Assembly: GCA_021323945.1 (NCBI GenBank)
Contig: JAJPKA010000017.1
Location: 31,990-95,989 of the forward strand
Length of the DNA stretch: 64,000 nucleotides
Direction of reading: 5' to 3'
From: Pseudomonadota bacterium
Lineage (GTDB): Bacteria; Desulfobacterota; Binatia; Binatales; Binataceae
A program made the position numbers and the translations under genes. The notes beneath the pieces are model-generated. The model was given only the letters and a program-made list of their open reading frames with translations. It was not told where the DNA came from and made no database searches. Of this stretch, positions 16,567 through 26,912 are shown one piece after another; position 1 is the first letter of the stretch; each line of letters starts with the position of its first letter.

Positions 16567-19563
16567 GTGCCACGCAGGGGATCATCGAGGCAGACGGAGA
16601 GTGACTCACAGTCGCGTGCGCCCGAGGCTGAGGAGCTCCGCGCAGGCGATGTGCCGACGCCAGAACCGCAACGCTTGGGGCGTGCGATTCGCATCCACGG
16701 GGCGCGCACTCATAACCTTCGCAATATCTCGCTGGATATTCCCCATTGCAAACTGATCGTCGTAACCGGGGTCTCTGGCTCCGGTAAATCGAGCCTGGTA
16801 TTCGACACAATTTATGCTGAGGGGCAGCGCCGGTACGTGCAGAGCTTGTCCACTTACGCTCGCTTGTTTCTCGAGCGGATTGATCGGCCCGACGTGGACT
16901 CGATCGCTGACATCCCGCCAGCCCTGGCGCTGCGCCAAAAGAACACAATAAAAAATGCGCGCTCCACCGTAGGCAGTGTCACCGAGATCAGCGATTATTT
17001 ACGGTTGCTGTTCGCCACGGTTGGTAAAACAATCTGCCCCCAGTGCGACATTGAGGTTAACCGCGATTCGGTCGAGACGGCCGGAGCCCAGGTTCTGAAT
17101 GCGCCAGGCATTTACTTGTTCCTGGCGCCCCTGGACCCAGCTAGCCGTTCTCTACGCGAGACAACCACTTCCCTGGCGCAGCATGGATATCATCGTCTTT
17201 ATCTGGACGGCGAAATTGTCGAAGCCTCCGACCTCCAAAGCGGCAGGCCTGTGAGCGGCCGGCTCGAGGTTGTGGTCGACCGGGCGGTGGTCTCCGGCCC
17301 GGCTCAAGCCGAACGAGTTCGCGAAGCCCTGGAGAAAACCTTCCAGATCGGCGGCGACCGTGCGCGTGCAGTTCGGGTAGAGCGACAAGGCGGTAGCTTG
17401 CGAGAAGTCGCCGCGTTTTGGTTCGACCGCGGCTTTAATTGCGCTCGCTGCGGTCGAAGTTTCCCCACGCCTGTTCCGGCCTTGTTCTCCCCCAACAGTC
17501 CGATTGGCGCATGTCCCCAATGTGAGGGGTTTGGTCGTACGGTTGAAATTGACTTGGAAAAGGTGCTTCCCGACCCCTTACTGTCTCTGCGGCAGGGTGC
17601 GGTAGTACCGTGGCGCACGCCTGCGTACCGCGAGATGCAGGACTGGATGTTGCAATGCGCGCGGCGAGCGCGCGTCCGAACCGCTGTCGCGCTGCGCGAT
17701 ATGACGGCTGAGGAGTACAGCTGGTTGCTCGACGGGGAAGCACCGAGGGAGGGCGCAAGTGGTGACGAACGCTGGCCCGGAATAAGGGGTTTCTTTCGCT
17801 GGCTCGAGCGTAAGCGCTACAAGACTCACGTTCGAATCCTGCTCGCTCGGTATCGCCGATTCGTAACTTGTCCAACGTGTCGAGGTACCAAGCTTAAACC
17901 TGAGGCACTCAATATTAAAATCGATGGCAAGTCGATCGCAGAAATAGGGCAGATGCCCGTGCGGGACATCCCGGCATGGCTGAACCGACTGGGCAATGAC
18001 GGCAATTTGGCGCGCCGTTCTAAGACCGTGCTCCGCGGCTTGCTCGATAGGCTGGAATATCTCAACGAGGTGGGACTGGGGTATCTGACACTCGAGCGGC
18101 AGGCACGTACGCTTTCAGGCGGAGAGGCGCAGCGCATTCACCTCGCGGGCGCACTTGGCAGTTTCCTTTCAGGTACCCTTTATGCCTTGGATGAACCGAC
18201 CGTTGGACTCCATCCCGCCGACTCGCGCCGACTGCTCAGGGTCCTGCGTCACCTGCGTGATTTAGGAAATACCGTGGTCGTGGTCGAGCACGATCCTGCG
18301 ATGACGGCAGGTGCCGATTGGATTATAGAGCTTGGTCCTGGTGGAGGCCGAGACGGAGGCCAGGTGCTGACGGCAGGCGAACCTGGTCAGAAGCGGTCCG
18401 CTCAGCCCGATCCTAAAGCCGGGCGCCTTTTATTGATGCGGGCACTTTCGCGTCAAAAGCGTAGCACCGGGTCGCGTCAGGCCGTGCGCATCATCAAGGC
18501 CCGCGAACACAATTTGCGCAATATTGACGTTTCGATACCGCTGGGTCGTTTCGTATGCGTAACGGGCGTGTCGGGCTCGGGCAAGTCCACGCTCGTCGAA
18601 AATGTCCTTTACAACAATTATTTGCGCTACCGCGGCGAGCTGGTTAGCGAGCCGGGTGCCTGCGAAACCATCGACGGGCTGGGGCAGATCAGTGACATGG
18701 TCCATTTGGGGCAGGAACTCCCGGCGCGTTCCCTGCGCTCTAACCCGGCGACCTATTTGAAGATCTACGATGAGATACGCAAGCTATTGGCGGCCAGTGC
18801 CGAAGGACGGCGCCTTCGCATCAAGCCCCGGGATCTTTCCTTCAACGTTGAGGGCGGCCGCTGCGAAAAGTGCCACGGAACCGGAACGATTACCATTGAG
18901 ATGCATTTCATGGCTGACCTCGAGGTGAAATGCGACGCGTGCGAAGGGCGCCGCTTCCAAGCGCACGTTCTCGGGATCCGACTGGGCGGCCGCAATATCA
19001 ACGAGATCCTTGACCTCACAGTCGACGAGGCGATGCGCTTTTTCGAGAAGCATCGCGCAATTACTCGCCGCTTGGAGCCGTTATCGGCGGTAGGGCTCGG
19101 ATACCTTCAACTGGGACAGCCGACTTCGACCCTCTCAGGTGGAGAGGCGCAGCGGCTGAAATTGGCGCGCTTTCTCCTCGCTGACCTGGAGCCGGCGCCG
19201 GAAAATCAGAGCGGCAAGCGGCTACCGCGGATGTTCCTGCTCGATGAACCAACTACCGGGCTGGCTTCCAGCGATATTCAACGTCTGCTGAGAGTTTTGT
19301 TAAGGTTAGTTGCGGAAGGCAATACTTTGGTTGTGATCGAGCATAACCTCGAATTCATAGCGCATGCCGACTATATAATTGACCTGGGGCCCGGTGGTGG
19401 TGATGAGGGCGGGCGGGTTGTGGTGGCTGGCGACCCCTTGGAAGTCGCTGCATGTGAAAGGTCTGCCACTGGTCGCGAACTGAGAGCGATGTTCGGACTG
19501 CCCGAAAGTGGACAAGGCCCGTGGCCCAAAGCGGCATCCGGGTACTTTCATGAGATCCCTTAG
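16567..19563 (+). CDS. uvrA: Excinuclease ABC subunit A (UvrA family)
   Basis: Two Walker A motifs (GVSGSGKSSL and GVSGSGKSTL) and two LSGGEAQR signatures. Zinc modules are CPQC...CARCG, CPQCEGFG and CEKCHGTG...CDACEG. 998 aa. The start is ambiguous because an in-frame GTG lies at 16651. Confidence 0.9.
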   Translation: MPRRGSSRQTESDSQSRAPEAEELRAGDVPTPEPQRLGRAIRIHGARTHNLRNISLDIPHCKLIVVTGVSGSGKSSLVFDTIYAEGQRRYVQSLSTYARLFLERIDRPDVDSIADIPPALALRQKNTIKNARSTVGSVTEISDYLRLLFATVGKTICPQCDIEVNRDSVETAGAQVLNAPGIYLFLAPLDPASRSLRETTTSLAQHGYHRLYLDGEIVEASDLQSGRPVSGRLEVVVDRAVVSGPAQAERVREALEKTFQIGGDRARAVRVERQGGSLREVAAFWFDRGFNCARCGRSFPTPVPALFSPNSPIGACPQCEGFGRTVEIDLEKVLPDPLLSLRQGAVVPWRTPAYREMQDWMLQCARRARVRTAVALRDMTAEEYSWLLDGEAPREGASGDERWPGIRGFFRWLERKRYKTHVRILLARYRRFVTCPTCRGTKLKPEALNIKIDGKSIAEIGQMPVRDIPAWLNRLGNDGNLARRSKTVLRGLLDRLEYLNEVGLGYLTLERQARTLSGGEAQRIHLAGALGSFLSGTLYALDEPTVGLHPADSRRLLRVLRHLRDLGNTVVVVEHDPAMTAGADWIIELGPGGGRDGGQVLTAGEPGQKRSAQPDPKAGRLLLMRALSRQKRSTGSRQAVRIIKAREHNLRNIDVSIPLGRFVCVTGVSGSGKSTLVENVLYNNYLRYRGELVSEPGACETIDGLGQISDMVHLGQELPARSLRSNPATYLKIYDEIRKLLAASAEGRRLRIKPRDLSFNVEGGRCEKCHGTGTITIEMHFMADLEVKCDACEGRRFQAHVLGIRLGGRNINEILDLTVDEAMRFFEKHRAITRRLEPLSAVGLGYLQLGQPTSTLSGGEAQRLKLARFLLADLEPAPENQSGKRLPRMFLLDEPTTGLASSDIQRLLRVLLRLVAEGNTLVVIEHNLEFIAHADYIIDLGPGGGDEGGRVVVAGDPLEVAACERSATGRELRAMFGLPESGQGPWPKAASGYFHEIP

Positions 19564-19865
19564 GAAGCGCGGTCCCCTAGGCAGCGTAAATGGGTGTTAA
19601 TGGATTGATCCGGCGGTTGGAGCCCGGCGCAGTGCGGCCGGGATTGCTCGATATCCTGACGGCATTAATTTTGCTCGCAATTCTGTTATGGGCGTCGTGG
19701 ATGCAATCTTCAGTCTACGAAGACCGTTCGTCGGCAGGCTCAACCCTCTCATCCGCTACGTCGCGACAATCAAGGATTTATTAGCTGAGCAACTTTGCTA
19801 CTACTAATATTGGCGCGAGACCAACTGCATGCAGGTAGTTTCCGGAGAGGAGGTTCGGATCCTTT

Positions 19866-20441
19866 ATGCCCGTGCAGCAATCTTCTTCGGAGAAGCTCAA
19901 AGGCTTCTTTCTTCAGCTAGTCCGCAAGAGTTTCAGTCAGCTTGGGATTGGTGACCAGCAGATTGCTGAATATGTTGCCAGCGTGCTGGCCGATTTTAGC
20001 CATTCGGCGAGATGGCTGAGGCTGCGTGGCCTCGACGGCCGACGGCTTACCAGTGTGGTGGAGATGATGCTCTCCCAGGCCGGCCTCAACACTGACGAAC
20101 TGGCGCGAATCCAGGGAGAGCGAGAATTGCGCAAGTATGTAGGCGATTACACTCTTTTTATGTCGGGGCTGTTTCGGCGCTATGTCGAGCGTGGAGGTTA
20201 CCTCGGCTATTACCTGGAAGAAGGAGCTCGTTCCTATCGAACCGTCTCTGAACTGGACGTCTCCTTGTATAACCCGGGATTCCTGGTCTTCGAGGAATTG
20301 AGTAAGCGATTCGAACATTACTCTGGGGCCCTCGACTTCATGCGTAAGTGCTACTTCGTGCCGGCGCCACACGAGGATCCGTTTGCCGGTTTCTTTAAGC
20401 AGATCGAGGGCTGGGTGCGGCACGGAATCTCACAGAATTAG
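19866..20441 (+). CDS. Hypothetical protein (191 aa), no family recognised
   Basis: Long ORF with balanced, globular-looking composition and an ATG start. Its 3' end overlaps the annotated start of the following pseudouridine synthase ORF. Confidence 0.5.
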   Translation: MPVQQSSSEKLKGFFLQLVRKSFSQLGIGDQQIAEYVASVLADFSHSARWLRLRGLDGRRLTSVVEMMLSQAGLNTDELARIQGERELRKYVGDYTLFMSGLFRRYVERGGYLGYYLEEGARSYRTVSELDVSLYNPGFLVFEELSKRFEHYSGALDFMRKCYFVPAPHEDPFAGFFKQIEGWVRHGISQN

Positions 20442-21357
20442 CGCAACGCCCGATTCGCGTACAATCAAACGGCTCGATCTCCTGCTGGTAGAGCGCGGAC
20501 TTGCGCGTTCGCGTCGCCATGCCCGCCGGCTTATCGAGAACCACAAAGTCCTGGTCAACGGCAGGCATCTGCGTAAAAGCGCAATGGTACTCGCTGAAGA
20601 TGATATCCGCATCAGCGAGCCCAAGCAGGCCTTAGTTCTCCGGCCCGATCCTGCACTCTGCATCGAAACCGTTTACGAGGATGAGTCGGTGCTGATCGTC
20701 AACAAGCCCGGCTTGATTCCCTGCCATCCTCTTCGCGCGGACGAGGTCGGGACCGTTATGAATGCAGTGGTGGCAAAATACCCCGAGGTGGCACTAGCGG
20801 GACTCCAGCCGCTGGAGGGCGGCCTCGTTCACCGCCTTGACAACGGGACATCCGGCGCTCTGATTGTCGCGCGCAACGCTCGAGCATTTGCAGCGGCGCG
20901 TCTCGCGATTCGTCGCGGCGAGGTTTTCAGACGCTATCTTGCGATATGCTTGGGGACCATTGACAAGCCGGTCGAAATAGCGAGTCCGATTGCGCACCAT
21001 CCAAAAAATCGGCGCAAAATGATTACCGTGCCTGCCCCGGCAGCTCCAATGCTAAAAGCGAGACCGGCAGCGACCGAAGTTAGGCCGCTTTCGAATTTTC
21101 GCGGGTTCTCGCTCGTAGAAATACAGCCTCGTACAGGTTGTCGGCATCAGGTGCGTGTGCATCTTTCAGCTCTGGGCCATCCGCTGCTGGGCGACGCGCT
21201 CTATGGGGGGCCGCAGCTAGCTGAACTGGCTCCTGGGCGCTTCTGGTTGCATCTGAGCGAGCTCGCCTTTATTTCACCAGCCGGCAGTGAGATTAAAGCA
21301 GAGGCCCCGCTTTTTCCGGAGCTTGAGGCCAGCCTCACGCGAATCGTTTCTGAGTAA
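20383..21357 (+). CDS. RluA-family 23S rRNA/tRNA pseudouridine synthase with an N-terminal S4 domain (RluD-like)
   Basis: S4-like LDLLLVERGLARSRRHARRLIENHKVLVNG, the catalytic HRLDNGTSGALIVA, and RYLAI, HQVRVHL. The true start may lie downstream of 20383, which overlaps the previous ORF by 58 nt. Confidence 0.85.
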   Translation: MPVSLSRSRAGCGTESHRISATPDSRTIKRLDLLLVERGLARSRRHARRLIENHKVLVNGRHLRKSAMVLAEDDIRISEPKQALVLRPDPALCIETVYEDESVLIVNKPGLIPCHPLRADEVGTVMNAVVAKYPEVALAGLQPLEGGLVHRLDNGTSGALIVARNARAFAAARLAIRRGEVFRRYLAICLGTIDKPVEIASPIAHHPKNRRKMITVPAPAAPMLKARPAATEVRPLSNFRGFSLVEIQPRTGCRHQVRVHLSALGHPLLGDALYGGPQLAELAPGRFWLHLSELAFISPAGSEIKAEAPLFPELEASLTRIVSE

Positions 21358-21395
21358 GAGTCGCTCTTGCTGCTCGTCAACTGTGGTGTAACCGA

Positions 21396-21902
21396 ATGAA
21401 AGTCCTGCAGTTTGCCGCGATCGTAATGACCGCCGTGATGCTCATCCCGACAGGCGCCCACTTCTTTGAGCTATCGAACAAAATAGGCCTGCCCCGCGAA
21501 CAATATTTCATAGTTCAGCGGATCTATCTTGGATGGGCCTACTTTGGGATACCGCTCATCGCCAGCATTATCATCGATCTCGCTTTGGCGATCATGTCAC
21601 GGGAGCAGGGGGCGGCGATGTGGTTCGCGTTCGGCGCTTTTGTCCTTATGACAGCGACTCTTGCAATTTTTTTCATCTGGACCTATCCGGCAAACCAGGC
21701 AACCGGTAACTGGAGTGTGGTTCCGGACAATTGGCGGCAGCTGCGACGACAATGGGAATATTCACATGCCGTCAACGCATGTCTGACTTTCGGCGCCTTA
21801 TGCTCACTGGTAATTGCAGTGTTGACAACACCAGCGGTAAGGTTGGGGCGCGAGGCACCGGGCAAAGGGGCGACTAAAGCGACAAATCCTGAAGCGGCCT
21901 AA
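21396..21902 (+). CDS. Integral membrane protein (about 4 TM; possibly DUF1772-like)
   Basis: 168-aa ORF with four hydrophobic segments (VLQFAAIVMTAVMLIPTGAHFF..., WAYFGIPLIASIIIDLALAI...). The family guess is tentative. Confidence 0.6.
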   Translation: MKVLQFAAIVMTAVMLIPTGAHFFELSNKIGLPREQYFIVQRIYLGWAYFGIPLIASIIIDLALAIMSREQGAAMWFAFGAFVLMTATLAIFFIWTYPANQATGNWSVVPDNWRQLRRQWEYSHAVNACLTFGALCSLVIAVLTTPAVRLGREAPGKGATKATNPEAA

Positions 21903-21958
21903 ACTGTGCTCTGAGGGCAGCAGCGGAGCGAAAAAGCACAGACCGGCGCAACCGGCCC

Positions 21959-22369
21959 TCAGGCATGGCCATCGATGAACACGCGCCTACGGGCGAACAG
22001 CCACTTACCCTCGACCTTGCGCAACTCATCCTCGTAGCGGCCGATCGCCTCGAGTATCGCCTTGCCGTTCTTGCAGTGATAGTAAGTCAGGTAACATCCG
22101 CCGGTGGCCTCGTCGCCGTTGATGCGAAAGCTGACATTGCTCATCATGTGGCGCACCGCTGCATCCCCGTTCGCGCCCCGATAAATGGCAGTAAAGTTCA
22201 TCAGCGCCCGATGCCCGGCATGGCGTCCGAAGCGTGGGCTCTCAAAGACACCATCCTCGGTGAAACATTTAACCCAATCCTCGTAGGGACCATGGTCAAT
22301 GGTATAAGCGTAGCGAGCGTATAGCTCGCGGATCTGTTCGCGATCCTCCAAGCTTCCTGTGAACGACAT
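21959..22369 (-). CDS. SnoaL-like / NTF2-superfamily protein
   Basis: 136 aa. DREQIRELYARYAYTIDHG..EDWVKCFTEDGVF...GKWLFARRRV is the typical SnoaL_4 pattern. Confidence 0.7.
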   Translation of the reverse strand: MSFTGSLEDREQIRELYARYAYTIDHGPYEDWVKCFTEDGVFESPRFGRHAGHRALMNFTAIYRGANGDAAVRHMMSNVSFRINGDEATGGCYLTYYHCKNGKAILEAIGRYEDELRKVEGKWLFARRRVFIDGHA

Positions 22370-22445
22370 GCCACAAACTCCCTTCGCGTTGTGCGTTCGG
22401 GCAGGATTCAGTTCGCCCCATTCAACTTAACTCTCCGACAATAAA

Positions 22446-23663
22446 CTAAATGACTTCGGCTTCGTGTAACCTCGCGACCTCATCCCAACTATAACCGAGC
22501 AATTGAGTGAGAACGGTCTCCGTGTGTTCCCCTAACTCCGGTGCGCGCCCGCGCGGGTTGCCGGGAGTTTCTGTCAAGATCACCGGCACTCCTACCAGAC
22601 GGGTGGGGCCAATCGTGGGATGGTCATAGTCGACAATATATTGGTTTGCGATTACCTGCGGGTCGTCAGGCAAGTCGGAGATCGTGTTGACTATTGTGTA
22701 GATGAAGTCCCCGCCTTCTTTCAAAATCTTCAGCCATTCTGCCCGGGACTTGGTGGCAAAAACCCGGTCAAGAATTGCAACCAGCTCCCGATGGTTTCTG
22801 GTCCGGGCTCGCATGTCTCGGAACCGTTCATCATCGATCAATTCGGGGATGCCCAGGGCGTGGCAGAAATCTTTCCAATAACGATCGGTTTGTAACATTC
22901 CCAGACAGATCCAGGAACCGTCGGCGCAACGGTAGTGGTTCCAGAGAGGATTGTAAGCGTCATCGCTCGGGGCACGCGGCATCTCCTTGCCCAGAATCGT
23001 TCGCATCGAGACGTTGAGGCCTTGGAGCGCAATCATGGAGCCCAAATGCGAAGCGTGGATCTCCTGGCCAATTCCTGTGCGCTCGCGCGCGACCAGTGCG
23101 GTCATCACCCCATACGCCAGCATGATCGCCCCCATTTGGTCGGCGATTCCACCGGTCAAATAGATCGGTTCTTCAGTCCGCAGACACGCGATGTTCATCA
23201 GACCGGACCGCGCCTGAGCCATGTAGTCAAAGGAGGGTTCGTTACTATCCGGGCCGTAAGGCCCGTAGCCAGTCGAGTTAGCGTAGATAATCTTGGGGTT
23301 GTGCGCCCGGAGGTCCTGATAGCCGAGGCCCAGTCGTTCGGCGACCCCTTTGCGAAAATTCTGCACAAAGACATCGCTTTTGGCCGCGAGTTTGTAAACG
23401 ATCTCGCGCGCCTCAGGCTTGCGCAAATCCAACGTAATGCTCTGTTTGTGCCGGTTATTGGCCTCGAAATAGTAATTTGTGCCGCTTTTGGCCGTGGCCG
23501 ATGCACCACCCATCGACATGACTGCACGCCCTGGGTCGCCTTTGCCGCGTTCCTCGATCTTGATAACCTCGGCACCCATGTCGGCTAACATGGCAGTGGC
23601 CACTGGTCCCTGCTGCCAAATGGTCCAATCGATAATTCTGATCCCGTGTAGTGGTCCGTTCAT
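22446..23663 (-). CDS. CaiB/BaiF family III CoA-transferase
   Basis: GPLHGIRIIDWTIWQQGPVATAMLADMGAEVIKIE, and the catalytic-Asp region GGIADQMGAIM. ATG at 23663 gives the usual size of about 405 aa. The track ORF extends to 23765. Confidence 0.85.
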   Translation of the reverse strand: MNGPLHGIRIIDWTIWQQGPVATAMLADMGAEVIKIEERGKGDPGRAVMSMGGASATAKSGTNYYFEANNRHKQSITLDLRKPEAREIVYKLAAKSDVFVQNFRKGVAERLGLGYQDLRAHNPKIIYANSTGYGPYGPDSNEPSFDYMAQARSGLMNIACLRTEEPIYLTGGIADQMGAIMLAYGVMTALVARERTGIGQEIHASHLGSMIALQGLNVSMRTILGKEMPRAPSDDAYNPLWNHYRCADGSWICLGMLQTDRYWKDFCHALGIPELIDDERFRDMRARTRNHRELVAILDRVFATKSRAEWLKILKEGGDFIYTIVNTISDLPDDPQVIANQYIVDYDHPTIGPTRLVGVPVILTETPGNPRGRAPELGEHTETVLTQLLGYSWDEVARLHEAEVI

Positions 23664-23765
23664 GAAGTTGCCTATAGCACAAATCCCGCGTATTCGTTGA
23701 GCGACCGCGAGGGTGGCGCTTGATGGTTTTGATTTGCGCAGTAACTCGAGTGCGCGCTTCGGCAT

Positions 23766-24569
23766 TTGCCCTCAATCGCGCAATATCTGATTATTTCTTT
23801 CTTCGGGATGCTCCATTGTTTTCTAAATTTCATTTATCCGCCGCGATGTGGTGGATGTAATGCTCGGCTGAGCATTGATACCGACGCCAGGCTTTGCGGA
23901 GCTTGTTTAAAGCTCATCGAGCGCGTGCCGGAGCCGATTTGCGAACTCTGCGGAACTCCCCTACAGGTCCCGTCCTCGATAGCGGCTACCATCACGCCGG
24001 GCGTGCCGCGCGAAAGTGCCAGGTGCCCAGCGTGTACGGATTCTCCTCCTTATTTCAGCCGGGCACGAGCACTGACTGTTTATCGTCGTGACCTTGGGGA
24101 GGACAATCAAGTTGTGCCTTCGATCCTTCGACGGCACAAGTATGGACGCAATCTGTCGTTGTCACGCGCTCTGGTCGAATGCCTGGGCAGTATGCTGCCA
24201 ATAAATGGTGTTGACTATGATCTGGTGATCCCGGTCCCACTGCATCGGCGGCGCTTGCGGTGGCGTGGTTTCAACCAAGCGGCGTTGCTGGCCCTGGCGA
24301 TCGCACGCAAGATAGGATGCAAGATTGACGTAACAGCGTTGAAACGAGTTCGCGACACACCGCCACAAACTTCCCAAAATCGCCACGAGCGGCGTCAAAA
24401 TGTTCGCGGGGCTTTTATTGTAACCCGACCTGATCGGATTGCCCACCGTAGGCTTCTGCTGGTGGATGACGTGATGACGACAGGTGCGACGCTCGATGAA
24501 TGTGCCCGTGCGCTGCTGGCCGCTGGTGCGAGACGGGTCGAAGTTCTAACTTTGGCACGCGCGATATGA
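23766..24569 (+). CDS. comF: ComF-family phosphoribosyltransferase-domain protein
   Basis: N-terminal Cys motifs (PPRCGGC...CGAC...CELCG) and the C-terminal PRTase loop LLLVDDVMTTGATL. The start could be at 23808. Confidence 0.8.
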   Translation: MPSIAQYLIISFFGMLHCFLNFIYPPRCGGCNARLSIDTDARLCGACLKLIERVPEPICELCGTPLQVPSSIAATITPGVPRESARCPACTDSPPYFSRARALTVYRRDLGEDNQVVPSILRRHKYGRNLSLSRALVECLGSMLPINGVDYDLVIPVPLHRRRLRWRGFNQAALLALAIARKIGCKIDVTALKRVRDTPPQTSQNRHERRQNVRGAFIVTRPDRIAHRRLLLVDDVMTTGATLDECARALLAAGARRVEVLTLARAI

Positions 24570-25138
24570 ACCAGCGAGCCCGAGCCATTTGGGACGAGAG
24601 GCATGACAGTGGCGATATCGGACGACCCGAGCCTTCCGTCCTCGAGTTCCTGCCGCTGTTACCTCGAGGCTCCACGCTGGATATAGCCGCCGGCAAGGGA
24701 CGCCACAGTATATTGCTGGCGCGGCACCAAATGCGCGTGGTCGCGGTGGATTGGTCACGCTTAGGCCTGGAGGCGTTGGCGGTTGCCGCTCGAAAGGAGA
24801 GACTGCCAATCGAGGTGGTAGTTGCCGATCTCGAGCAGTCTCTGCCTTTTCGAGCGGGTACGTTCGACGTGGTATTGAATGTAAACTTTCTGGTGCGTGC
24901 GCTGTTTCCGTCGCTGAAAAGCGTCCTGCGCATTGGAGGGATGTTGCTGTTTGACACTTTTCTGATCGATCAGGCGACGTTGGGACATCCGCGCAACCCG
25001 AACTTCCTGCTGGGGCACTACGAGCTCCGCAATTGGTTGTCCGACATGGAACTGCTTCGTTACAGAGAGGGCATCGTCGATTATGGTGACGGCAAGCGCG
25101 CGTGGCGGGCGACTGCGCTGGCGCGGCGCGCGGCTTAG
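24566..25138 (+). CDS. Class I SAM-dependent methyltransferase
   Basis: STLDIAAGKGRHSILLA (motif I) and VVAVDWS. ATG at 24566 overlaps the comF stop (ATGA). Confidence 0.75.
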   Translation: MNQRARAIWDERHDSGDIGRPEPSVLEFLPLLPRGSTLDIAAGKGRHSILLARHQMRVVAVDWSRLGLEALAVAARKERLPIEVVVADLEQSLPFRAGTFDVVLNVNFLVRALFPSLKSVLRIGGMLLFDTFLIDQATLGHPRNPNFLLGHYELRNWLSDMELLRYREGIVDYGDGKRAWRATALARRAA

Positions 25139-25185
25139 CTTCTTCATTGCTGCCAATTGGTCAACGTTGTGAACACGGCGTCTTT

Positions 25186-25863
25186 ATGAGTTTCAACTCC
25201 CAATCGCGCCCGCCGGTGAGGCTGGGTGTTCTGATCTCTGGTGAAGGGACCAACCTTCAGGCGATTATTGATGCAGTCCGAAAGGGTGCACTTTGCGCAG
25301 AGATTCGCGTCGTGATCTCGAATCGAAAGGAGGCGCGAGGCCTTGAGCGCGCGCGCCAGGCTGGTATCCCCACCTGTTTTATCGACCATAGGACTTACCG
25401 TTCTCGCGAGGAGTTTGATCGCCATTTGGTTGAGGCGCTGCTTGCACATCAGGTTGAACTGGTCGCCTGTGCTGGATTTATGCGGCTGCTTTCGCCCGTG
25501 ATGCTCCGGGCCTTTCCCAACCGCATCATGAACATTCACCCCGCATTGTGTCCGGCTTTCCCTGGGCTCAACGCCCAGCGCGCAGCGTGTGACTATGGTG
25601 TGCGGTTCAGCGGGTGCTCCGTTTTCTTCGTCACCGAGGGGGTGGATGACGGCCCGATCATCGTGCAGGCGGTGGTCCCGGTGATGCAGACCGATAGTGA
25701 GCAGACACTGGCCGCGCGAATTCAAGCTGCTGAGCACCTGATTTATCCGTACGCGATTCGACTGTTTCAGGAGGGCCGGCTCGAGGTCCGCGGTCGTAAG
25801 GTGTGGATTGACGGCGTGTCCCCGGTCGAGAATCAGATGCTTATCAATCCGCCCCTGGAATGA
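25186..25863 (+). CDS. purN: Phosphoribosylglycinamide formyltransferase
   Basis: RLGVLISGEGTNLQAIIDA, VACAGFMRLL, MNIHPAL and VTEGVDDGPII. ATG at 25186 was verified. Confidence 0.9.
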   Translation: MSFNSQSRPPVRLGVLISGEGTNLQAIIDAVRKGALCAEIRVVISNRKEARGLERARQAGIPTCFIDHRTYRSREEFDRHLVEALLAHQVELVACAGFMRLLSPVMLRAFPNRIMNIHPALCPAFPGLNAQRAACDYGVRFSGCSVFFVTEGVDDGPIIVQAVVPVMQTDSEQTLAARIQAAEHLIYPYAIRLFQEGRLEVRGRKVWIDGVSPVENQMLINPPLE

Positions 25864-26540
25864 GACTCTCCGTAGTCATTCCCACCCTGAACGAGGAGCA
25901 TGAGATCGAGGCTACGATCGATGCGATTCGCGCCGGCGCGCCGAATGCCGAGATAATCGTCGCCGATGGTGGCAGCTCCGATCGTACCGCCGAACTCGCG
26001 ATGAGCCGTGGAGCACGGCTTCTCAGAGTTCAGCGGGGCCGTGCCCGCCAGATGAACGCAGGCGCCGCCGCCGCGCATGGCGATGTCCTAGTATTCGTTC
26101 ATGCCGATACCAAGGTTCCTCGGACCTTTGAGTGGGACCTGGCTGCGGCGCTCAGCGACCCTTTAGTGGTTGGAGGGCGTTTCGACGTGGCGCTTGATGG
26201 GTCTTCGACCGCCCTTCGCCTGCTAGGCAGGTTAATCAGTCTTCGCTCGCGCTTGATGCGCAGTGCGACGGGTGATCAGGCGATTTTTGTCCGCCGGCAG
26301 GTTTTCGACACAATGGGGGGGTTCGCTGAGATTGATTTGTGTGAAGACGTCGATTTTGCGCGCCGTCTCAAGCGTAGCGGGCGTGTTGCCTGCCTGCGTT
26401 CTCGGGTCATTACCTCTGCGCGGCGATGGCGCCAAGAGGGAACGCTGAGGACAGTTCTTAGGATGTGGCTAATTAAGCTGCTTTTTCTCAGTGGAGTTTC
26501 TCCCTCAAAACTGAGGCGCCACTATGCCGACGTTCGCTGA
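25860..26540 (+). CDS. Family 2 glycosyltransferase
   Basis: LSVVIPTLNEE, IIVADGGSSDRT and FVHADT (DxD-like). The start overlaps the purN stop (ATGA). Confidence 0.75.
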   Translation: MRLSVVIPTLNEEHEIEATIDAIRAGAPNAEIIVADGGSSDRTAELAMSRGARLLRVQRGRARQMNAGAAAAHGDVLVFVHADTKVPRTFEWDLAAALSDPLVVGGRFDVALDGSSTALRLLGRLISLRSRLMRSATGDQAIFVRRQVFDTMGGFAEIDLCEDVDFARRLKRSGRVACLRSRVITSARRWRQEGTLRTVLRMWLIKLLFLSGVSPSKLRRHYADVR

Positions 26541-26648
26541 AGCGCTCATTTGACGGCCTCGGTGTTTAGCCTGACTGCGCAACGTTGCACAGAAGTGTGA
26601 TTGAAACATCACTCTCAAGCGCCGAAGATTAGACTGAGGCAAGTATCA

Positions 26649-26912
26649 GTGGCCAGGGTGGAGATTTATACGACCAGCTATTGTCCTTACTGTACGCGGG
26701 CCAAAACCCTGCTACGCAGCAAAGGGGTGAAGTTCGACGAGATTGACGTCACTAATGATCCAGCGCTGCGAGCCAAAATGGTTGAATTAGCTGGAGGTCG
26801 ACGAACCGTTCCAGAAATCTTTATAAACGGCCGTATCATCGGCGGCTGGGACGAACTGTACATGCTTGAGCGCAACGGAGAACTGGATCTCTTGTTGGCT
26901 GAACCAGGATGA
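26649..26912 (+). CDS. grxC: Glutaredoxin (Grx3-type)
   Basis: VEIYTTSYCPYCTRAKTLL (CPYC active site), TVPEIFINGRIIGGWDEL. The start is probably GTG 26649. The track ORF starts at TTG 26601. Confidence 0.9.
   Translation: MARVEIYTTSYCPYCTRAKTLLRSKGVKFDEIDVTNDPALRAKMVELAGGRRTVPEIFINGRIIGGWDELYMLERNGELDLLLAEPG

Noticed and set aside
16460-16948. A 162-aa minus-strand ORF across the uvrA start region
   Set aside because: Its composition is implausible (Arg/Ser/Pro/Cys-rich) and it overlaps the conserved UvrA N-terminus. It is probably a GC-driven open frame.
19590-19784. A 64-aa ORF with one hydrophobic segment just after uvrA
   Set aside because: It might be a small membrane protein, but it is short and has no RBS or family evidence. 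The support is too weak to annotate.
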